Shown here one piece after another: positions 1 to 9,500 of a stretch of 64,000 nt of DNA. The stretch's first letter is position 1, and each line of letters starts with the position of its first letter. The stretch covers positions 16,616,001-16,680,000 of the forward strand of contig OZ059894.1 in assembly GCA_964057225.1 (NCBI GenBank). The letters are read 5' to 3'. The translations under genes were made by a program, and so were the position numbers. The notes beneath the pieces are model-generated. The model saw nothing but the letters and a program-made list of their open reading frames with translations, had not been told where the DNA came from and searched no databases. The DNA comes from Auanema rhodensis (taxonomy: Eukaryota; Animalia; Nematoda).

Positions 1-1472
1 AACATAAACATATAAAAAAGAATTGAGTGAATAGCAACTGTGAAAATGAAGAACTGATTTTCATGTCAAGACAACAACTTTTTGACAGAATGGTTATAAG
101 AAACTTGCGAGACTATAAGGAGAGAGGCCTGGATGTTGATATGGCTTGTCCTTGAACTCGATTAGAAATCGATCTCTCGTCTCTTAGTAGTTTCTCAGGT
201 ATTCGGGGATAATATCTGCGGACATGATCAACAGTAGTGATAGTATGTTGACACTAGTTCGCTTCTTCTCTCTCATAAGAAGTGTCGTTCTAAGATAACC
301 GTTAGGAGCTTGATGTAGCAAAATAAAAAAGAGAGAAGAGATGAAAAAAGTTGAGATATCATGAAAAACTCAAAACTATTTTTAACAAAAAGGAAACAAA
401 AAAATCGTCAGTTATATGAATATGAAAAATGTATTGTTTTAAAAATGGTTGAAAGACGAAAAGTCGGGACTAAGTTGTTGAGATGAATAAAAAAGTGTGG
501 TAGTTATCAAGGGCAGGTTATATTAATCCGTTGGTTTGAAAAAATCCGGTTGCAGCCTACCCTTCAATAGTTCTCTACATAAAATACAAAATAAATGTCG
601 AAAATATAATAATGCCATAGTTGTATAAGGAGGTTAAGCATTAAGTTGGAAATGCGGGCAAGATTTTCCAGCTTTCACGGCCGTTTAGGCTTTCTTATAA
701 TCTTCTGATTATAATAGCAGAAGTATAGAAAATAATCTTACCAAATTGCTTCAGAGTCCGTAGTCAGTCAAGCAACGCCTGGCGAAACAATTGATGAGCT
801 AATAGGTCTGTCTGCCTGTTACCCCTTTTTTTAGATGGCAAGAAGAACCGGTGTTAGAAGAACCACAATGTTACACTGATAGGCCTACTGATGAAACTAG
901 GCGCAGTTTGAACATTACTGCATTGCAACTCGCTTAGACAATTAGCAAGATAGTTATCTACCGGTTATAATAAAACAAAAGTAATTGTTTAAATACAATT
1001 TTTTGAAATTTAAAATTGTGGGTTAAGGAGTTGCATGATTGATGTATTGACTATAGGGGGACAAATCTGAGAAATAGTTGAAGTTTTTGCAGTCTTTGTT
1101 TAAGAAAAAACATTAACTAAGAGTGGTGATAATGAGTAGGAGTTGAAGAAGAGAAAGGAGAAAGAAAAAACGAGGAAAACGAACAGAAGATGGATAAAAA
1201 GAGAAAGAGGAAGATGAACAACGAACATGATTGCAAATCAAGTATAGAAATTTTAAAATGAAGTCGCTCAAATACACAGCCATACCTGGGTCATGACCGG
1301 TGTTGATTGAACAATGTTTTGTTATGTCCATCACTCATAGCTCGTATTATGATTGACTATAATAGGCAATGGAGGTCAGCTGAGAAACATAGAGAGGTAT
1401 GGAGGATAATATTTAATTGCATACTAACATTGTAATTTGATTTGATTTATAAGTTACTATACACAGACTTAC

Positions 1473-1532
1473 CAGTTTTGTTTCAGTCGATCCATCAGGA
1501 TTGCTTATTGTTACTGTCTCGGCTCCTTTCAT
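1473..1532 (-). CDS. Possible first coding exon of an unidentified minus-strand gene continuing toward the left edge (MKGAETVTISNPDGSTETKL)
   Basis: Acceptor-like tctag at ~1565, ATG ~30 nt downstream, open frame ending at a GTAAG donor; downstream exons could not be linked. Confidence 0.3.
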
Positions 1533-3149
1533 TGGTATTCGCTTCTTAACACGAGCTACTTGACCTAGAGCAATTTATTGAGAAATTTCATTGAAAAAAA
1601 TTATATAGAAATATATTTATTTAGAAATACTTTAACGGCGTGTTAGTGAAAGAAAGGAAATGATAAGAATTTGACTCTTCTGAAGTTGCGATTAGCGACA
1701 GTCAGAGAGCTGAAGCATGAAACGTTTTACAATGAGCAAGCGCGAACATTGATAGAAAGCTTCTTCCCTCTTCTTCCTTTCTCTTTCTATCTCGCTGTCT
1801 CTTCTTCTTCTTAGAGTATTCATCTACTTCTCTTTTCGAAGAAATGCTTAAACAAACACATAAAAGAACGCAAGTCGGTTGTTCAATAAGTTTTCTTGTA
1901 GTTTTCATTAATCCGATCACAATGGTCGAAAACGCAGTGCAACTCTCGAAACTTGTATTAACTTACATATCGAGACAATACGCAAAACAATCAATCAGGT
2001 AAGATAAATAATAAGGTTGTTTCAACAATTTTGTCAATTTCTTACCAAATAGCCAAATAGGTGTTAATCGACAGATATAGAATTATAAAAAAGAGGTGAA
2101 CTAAGATGAAATTTTGATGAAACTTGCCGATTACAGATTCATTGATGAACGCTTTTATATCAGCCGGCAACTGAATCATATGTTACGTTTATAGAAATTA
2201 GTCAATGTAGTAATGAAATGACAGTGGAACAGCTATTCTTCCCCCTCTCTTTCTCTCGTTTTCTCTGTCGTTTTTCGTAACTGTCTCTATTCGTGTCATT
2301 ACAAGTCGTATTATTTAATAAAGATACTAAAAAAAGAGACAACTAGAAGAAAGCGAACCATAATCAAGTTATTACATTGCGAGTTTCTATCAAATATTAC
2401 CTCCTCTATGTTTTTTCCGTTTAGAGCTTGTAAGTTGTTCATCTTCAGCAAATCCTAGATGTGCTTCATTATGAAGCTCAAGGGAATAATATTTTTCAGA
2501 TTCCATTAATACTTCAGTAAAATAATAGAAGAAATACAGTAAAAAGCATTAGCTATTGTGAGAAAGTTGTAATCAAGGGCAAAACTTTGAATTTTTAAGC
2601 AATGGCATGCACTAGCTATGTGATATGATCAAGATCAGAGGACAGCTGACATCGTTGTGTTAGAATGAATGTGATTGCACGCTTCATAAAGCATGTGGCA
2701 AAGCATGAGCTTAAGAAAAGTGTTGAATTTAAGGAACAAATCGTTATATTATTAGTTTGCTATTATCGCCTAGAAACGATGCTTTTTGGATACGGATAGA
2801 AATGTGACAATACATTCTTAATTATATTCTTTTTGGCAAAAAAAAAGTAACAAAGTCATTTCCTTCCGGTTATTTCCGGCGGTGTTCATTAAGCTCTCAG
2901 TTGTTAACCACAATAACAACCATAACCATTAATTCCTCTCTTTTGCTACCTAATTTGGTCATGAACAGGTGGACAACCTATTGTCTAGCATAGCGATTAC
3001 CCTTTTTGGGATCCATTCGCTCGCTGTAAGATTTGGTCCACAAAATTTACTTCGTTTTCCCCTGTTTTTGATCGATTTTTAACTATTCATTTTCATATAA
3101 TCTCGACAAGTTATTGGAAGATAAGTAGTTGAAGGATTAGAAGGTCTAA

Positions 3150-3330
3150 GCCTTTCCGAGGGCACTGTGCATTCTTTGGACTATCTTTTGCCTATTCACT
3201 GAATGGCAGAAGGCCACGCCCTCAAGGTAAGGGAAATAACATGCCATGAGTGAGGTAGAAGTGTCCCCCACCTGGCCCGGCTCACTACCCGCATCCATGC
3301 CAGACGCCATACATGGTTCCGGAACGACTT
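3150..3330 (-). mobile_element. Possible degenerate 5' remnant of an RTE-clade non-LTR retrotransposon
   Basis: GC-rich island in AT-rich DNA; minus strand reads GTGAGCCGGGCCAGGTGGG...GGCGTGGC (translates GSEPGQVG), resembling my recollection of strongylid RTE 5' regions. No RT or endonuclease ORF present. Confidence 0.3.
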
Positions 3331-3501
3331 GACCTATACATATAATACTTTTCTATTCATTCTTTAGATATTTAATATTCTTATTCCATGCCTTTGATTG
3401 AATCGAAGATTCTCATTTATCATTCGATCATTTCAGATAACAACACCTTTCATATAATTCAAATTTTTGGAGAATTGCTTAAAATCTATATAATTAGATA
3501 A

Positions 3502-6500
3502 ATGAAGTTTAGATGTTTAATATTGCTAGTTCCTTTAGCAACAGCACAAATAAGTAATCAGCTCAAACTTGAACTATCTCAAGTATCTCATTCAGGGTTT
3601 TGTGAAGTTTCTGGATCATGCCGACAATGTCCTGATAAGCGTTATACATACTATAGATGTAACTCCCAGGTGCTAAACACTAAAAGAAAATTGTTATTTT
3701 CAAATTTTAATTTATAGAGAGATTGTTTAAATGGTGAAACATGCACAGAAGGATTTTGTTGTCCAAATATTCAAAACCAACCTCCTATGATGACACAATT
3801 CAATGAAAGTAAGTGAAAGTGTGTGATTAGGTAACCTGTCAGAAAATGTTTTGAATTCTCAACTGTTCAATGTCCTTTATTGTCAGTCAAACACTATTTC
3901 ACAGACAAGCTTCTACTAATCTATGTCCTCGCTTAATGCTTATATAACTTCTCAGCTTTCATCGCTACTACCACATCATCAGCTACAATTCACTTATATA
4001 AACCGGATCCCTTTCCTCTGCCGCCTCTTTTTTTAAAAGATAACTCAATTATTGCTCAAAGTAATGATGTGGATGAAAAATGTGGAGATGGTTCAGACTG
4101 GGTAAATCGTTGTAAGAAAGACTCTGATTGTAATGGCTTATTGATATGCATGGACGGTAAATGTTGTCGAAGTAAGTACTTTTTTCCATCTACACTAAAA
4201 AATCTTTTAAAAAAATGTCTTGTGTACTTCATCGTTCTAAAAATAATCTTTTCGTTTCTTTTTTCTATCGGGCAAACGTACAATCCAATCAACCTTTCTC
4301 ATATACACAACAGATTGACTTACCTTGAACATAATGATGGGCTTTCAGCTCTAATTAAGGTCATGTAAACCCCTTGGGAAAAAATATAAAGTTCGAACTC
4401 AATTTAATTCCTTGTACTAGGTTTTGAGTAAGACTTACATTTAGAGATTTGTCCTATTGAAGCAAATAAAAATTCTTGAAAGTTTGGCATTAAGTGATTT
4501 CACCTAGCCTTAAAATGCCGCATTTTACGATCGCTAGAAACGTTTTGTGCCAAAGTCCTTGGCTAAACTAGTTGCACAGTCAACGTGCAGTAGCTTTTGA
4601 AAGAAGAAATATTTTTCAACATCACAAAATTCCTATAAATAACAAGCTATGGGGTTAGATGATCGCATGAGACTTGAGCTGAAAATAGGAGGTTTCTCGT
4701 TGTTATATAAGAATGTTTCAAACATTAGCTAAACCGGATCATTATGCTACCAACATATAACAATTGAAACTTTTTCAAACGTTAAATTTCATTTCATTTC
4801 TCAAATCATAAATAAATGTATAGAAATTTGAAAAAAGAAATTTGTTTTTACAATACAGGAACAACCTTCTAACACATACTGTTCATCCAAAATAGAATTT
4901 TTTATTTTGAAAACGTAATCTTATAAAGCGGTTGCATCAAGAATTTGGAAAACATTCAAAACACGCAACTGGTATTCCCCTTTTTAACGATATGAATGCT
5001 CAAGAACGTAAAAATGTATTGTGATATAGAATTCTTTAACTATTGTATACAAATATTATTCTGATTATATTAGGTTGTTCGCAGAGAAGACGAGAAATAC
5101 TGGATAAATTGGCAGCGACGGAAATTCTTGGACGAGCAATTCCACAATGTACAGAAGATGGAAAGTACTATAGAAACAAGTAAAATCAATTTTAATTTTC
5201 AGCATAAAAACAAAAACATTTGCATATTTAGACAATGCTTTGCTGGATCAATAGAAAACTGCTGGTGTGTTAACGGATCGGGCAAAAGATTATTGCCATC
5301 AGATATAGAATGCCAAACTAAAATTCGAAGAAAAGAACATAATTGGGCTCGCAAGGCACAGTTACTGCGTGATGAGTTAACTAAAAAACAAAAAGTATAT
5401 TCTTAATGGGATTTCATAATGAAATTTGTTAGTTTTTCAGGATAACTGTACACTTGTAAGAAGAGGAAGTTGTCCAAGAATAAGAGCTGCTGCATCAATA
5501 CCTCCAATCTTATGTAACTGTGATGAAGACTGCTACGGCAATAAGAAATGTTGTGAATATGAAGCTAACCGAGTCTGTATTGAACCAGGTTTTCAATTGT
5601 ATTTTCTTTTAACAATGTCTAGAAAAGCTTTTTTAATATGAATATACAGAATAATTACCTCTTGCAGATTAAAATTTGTCTAGCTCTGGTAATAACCCTT
5701 TATTTGTTATAACTTTTAACATTTTCTGTTATCCTGCTTTTTGTATTAACTTCTCCCGCTTTCTATCCATTTTATCCAATTTATATGAATGTGTTTGCTT
5801 TTACTTGCTTGCAACACTTTATTGTTAGCATCTTCAGCTTTGCTATTTTGCCTAATTCTTTTAATAGATATTTCTTAATTATTCGTTATCTTTCAGTGGC
5901 GTCGAACGACGATATTACACTCCTTTGTGCTTCTAATGAACAATTCTCTGCTTGCCATTCTCCGTGCCAGCCAACTTGTGAAGACCCTACCGTATTACCA
6001 TGCCCATCACCAACATGCCAAGCAGGATGTCATTGCCAACCAGGTTAAAATTGGGAATTATGTTTTTTTTTCTAAAAGTGTTCAATCGTTCGTTCTCGAT
6101 CGCATCCTCTGACCTTAGAGACTATATTCTGAGAACTTAATCCGATGTTCTTTAGAGGATTTTATATGTAATTTTCAACTTTTTGCCTAAATTAGAACGC
6201 ATGTATAGTACTTGGCCTTGCCAAGGTTTTGCAGTCATTTTAATCTCCACTAGGGGACATCGCAAAAAACCCGGGTAGATTCAACTCGTTCTTTCAAAAA
6301 CAGAAATTTAAACAAAGATCAAATAGAAAATTATCTTGAAGGTTTCATTCGACGAGATGGATCTCCACATTCGCCATGTATAGCAAAATCATCTTGTGTT
6401 ATGTACGATGTAACTGCTCAATGCTCAGATCAACGACGAGAATATCAAGGATGTGGTTCGTCATGTCCAATTAGTTGTCAAAATAGAAATTCGCCGAGGC

Positions 6501-9500
6501 ATATTCTAAGAAAAATCTTTTAATATCTCATTGATTTTCAGATGTCATGAGCGTTGCGTCTCAGGCTGTTTCTGTCGTGTTCCTTACATCCTTGAGAACA
6601 GTGAAGATCCTTTGAACTCTAGGTTTACTATCAAAATTGAACGAAGTAAATATTTCAACTGTTTTTAGATGCATTTTGGCTTCCGAATGCACTCCAGCAA
6701 CTCCAGTTGTTGCTACAGTTCAGCATAATATGAGGGATTCCTATTCCCAATTTCCCATAGTGCCAGCTCAGAATGTTTGAATAATATTGATTTTTATTTA
6801 AGTACTTGATATCTTAGGCATTCAATCCTTACTCTCAATATTATCCCACCCCAGGTAGTACGGCTACTGTCATACCAAATACAAATCGTTGTGCTGATTC
6901 CTTAAAAAACTATCTAAGCTGCGGAACAAAGTGTCCAGGTCATTAAGAGTCTACGTTATCACATTGAAATATTTCAAGTTTTAGTTGGTTGTAATGCACT
7001 GTCTCCCTCGGTTAGTTGTACACTTCAATGCGTACCTGGTTGTTTCTGTCATGCTCCTTATATTTTATTAGATTCAAATGTGGGTTTTTTTTTAATTCTA
7101 TCAAACAACTCAATTTCAGGATCCACAATCTGCATGTGTTTTACCTCAGAACTGCCCAAGTAAAGAGTCTTCTCCAAAAACATGTCCTGATCCCAGAAAA
7201 GAATATTCTACATGCGGAGCAGCCAGGTACAGAAATATAGTTTTAAATATGCTTAAAATAATACATTACAGCTGTGCTAGATCTTGTTCAAATCTTTTGG
7301 GACGCTGTGAGAGTGGTCATTGTTCATCAGGATGTATATGCCGCGAACCATACGTGTTACAAGTTAGTTCCAGTTTTTGAACGCAATTTAAAAAAATGAG
7401 GTGTAAAGCCAACCTTATAACCGTAACGATATAAAGACCTGTAACGATTGATTGTACTTGACTTGTCAATATCCGCTCGTAAGAACGCCGCGTCGTACAC
7501 TGAAGTAACGCACGGAGCTGGTGAGCGCACAATATTTTTTCAACTCTGCTCTTTTTATAAGACGCAATTTGTCAAAATCGTATAGCATATGGGTTTCACT
7601 AATTAAAAAATGGCATTTGTATATAATTTTGTAAAATTAGTGTACAGAGTACCTTTCTAATGCTAACCGCTTATATCGGACAGCACCAGTCAGAACCCTG
7701 ATCAATCTCCGCCCGTAAGAACGCCGCTACTGACATTATAGTCAGAACGGAGCTGGTGAGCGAACAGGAGGAGATTAAATCCTCTCATTTTTATATGGAG
7801 AGATTTTACTCTTCCGTATAAAGTATGGGTTTAGTATAAACCCAAAGCTTAAAAAATTGTTTGAATTCTTTATAATACTAACCGCAGAACACGGTGCAGC
7901 ACCGGTAAGAATTCGCCGATAATTTCCGCTCGTAAGAACGCCGCGTCGAACACTGAAGTATCGCACGGAGCTGGTGAGCGAATTAAAAGCTTTGCTAAAC
8001 CATTAACTATATTGTCGCTGATCCCCTTTCCCCGTACTTGATATAGGTTTAAAAAAATAAAATAGCATTGCAATATTTCTTTAAAAAAGGTTGGATGTTG
8101 GTAGGATCATTATAATGCTATCCGAGACAAGCGAATGAGCACCGGTAAGACTATCGTTCAATATCCGCTCGTAAGAACGCCGCGTCGAACACTGAAGTAT
8201 CGCACGGAGCTGGTGAGCGAATTAAAAGCTTTGCTAAACCATTAACTATATTGTCGCTGATCCCCTTTCCCCGTACTTGATATAGGTTTAAAAAAATAAA
8301 ATAGCATTGCAATATTTCTTTAAAAAAGGTTGGATGTTGGTAGGATCATTATAATGCTATCCGAGACAAGCGAATGAGCACCGGTAAGACTATCGTTCAA
8401 TATCCGCTCGTAAGAACGCCGCGTCGAACACTGAAGTATCGCACGGAGCTGGTGAGCGAATTAAAAGCTTTGCTAAACCATTAACTATATTGTCGCTGAT
8501 CCCCTTTCCCCGTACTTGATATAGGTTTAAAAAAATAAAATAGCATTGCAATATTTCTTTAAAAAAGGTTGGATGTTGGTAGGATCATTATAATGCTATC
8601 CGAGACAAGCGAATGAGCACCGGTAAGACTATCGTTCAATATCCGCTCGTAAGAACGCCGCGTCGAACACTGAAGTATCGCACGGAGCTGGTGAGCGAAT
8701 TAAAAGCTTTGCTAAACCATTAACTATATTGTCGCTGATCCCCTTTCCCCGTACTTGATATAGGTTTAAAAAAATAAAATAGCATTGCAATATTTCTTTA
8801 AAAAAGGTTGGATGTTGGTAGGATCATTATAATGCTATCCGAGACAAGCGAATGAGCACCGGTAAGACTATCGTTCAATATCCGCTCGTAAGAACGCCGC
8901 GTCGAACACTGAAGTATCGCACGGAGCTGGTGAGCGAATTAAAAGCTTTGCTAAACCATTAACTATATTGTCGCTGATCCCCTTTCCCCGTACTTGATAT
9001 AGGTTTAAAAAAATAAAATAGCATTGCAATATTTCTTTAAAAAAGGTTGGATGTTGGTAGGATCATTATAATGCTATCCGAGACAAGCGAATGAGCACCG
9101 GTAAGACTATCGTTCAATATCCGCTCGTAAGAACGCCGCGTCGAACATTAAAGTATCGCACGGAGCTGGTGAGCGCTGCAGTTTGAAAAATGGTAGAGAA
9201 CTATATAGGCGGCCTCAAATTTTCGCCGTATTTCGTATGGGTGCTAAAGAAATGAAAGGATGAACATGTTGCTAATACATTCGACAGAAGAGTGAAAGAA
9301 AGTGTACTTATGATTATTGAAATAAACTATCGGTACAAACTGTGATTAGGGAAACGACTGCATTTGAATGTAATTTTTAAAATATGATATAGTAACAGCT
9401 ATTCAAACAGTAGTCCGTTCATTCTTATGTCAAGCACTTTTATGTCTCACATCTGCTGTACTGTTGTGTTCTCATTCTCTGTTTTCTTATTCATGAATAG

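Larger units (their letters stand above)
7926..9175. repeat. Near-perfect tandem repeat, 239-bp unit, about 5.2 copies, inside intron 7363-10010
   Basis: ccgctcgtaagaacgccgc recurs at 7926, 8165, 8404, 8643, 8882, 9121; diverged copies at 7473 and 7709. Confidence 0.97.

Noticed and set aside
8128-8137. 10-nt match (AAGCGAATGA) to LSU rRNA next to the putative 3'-pocket target in copies 4-8
   Set aside because: Its order relative to the pocket is incompatible with simple antiparallel pairing, it is not conserved in copies 1-3, and a 10-mer hit in rRNA is plausible by chance.
7399-9243. CRISPR-like array or self-cleaving ribozyme (hammerhead, twister, HDV) reading of the conserved blocks with variable spacers
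   Set aside because: Eukaryotic context with no cas genes; no CUGANGA/GAAA or twister/HDV core found; H box, ACA box, pocket spacing and rRNA complementarity explain the conservation better.
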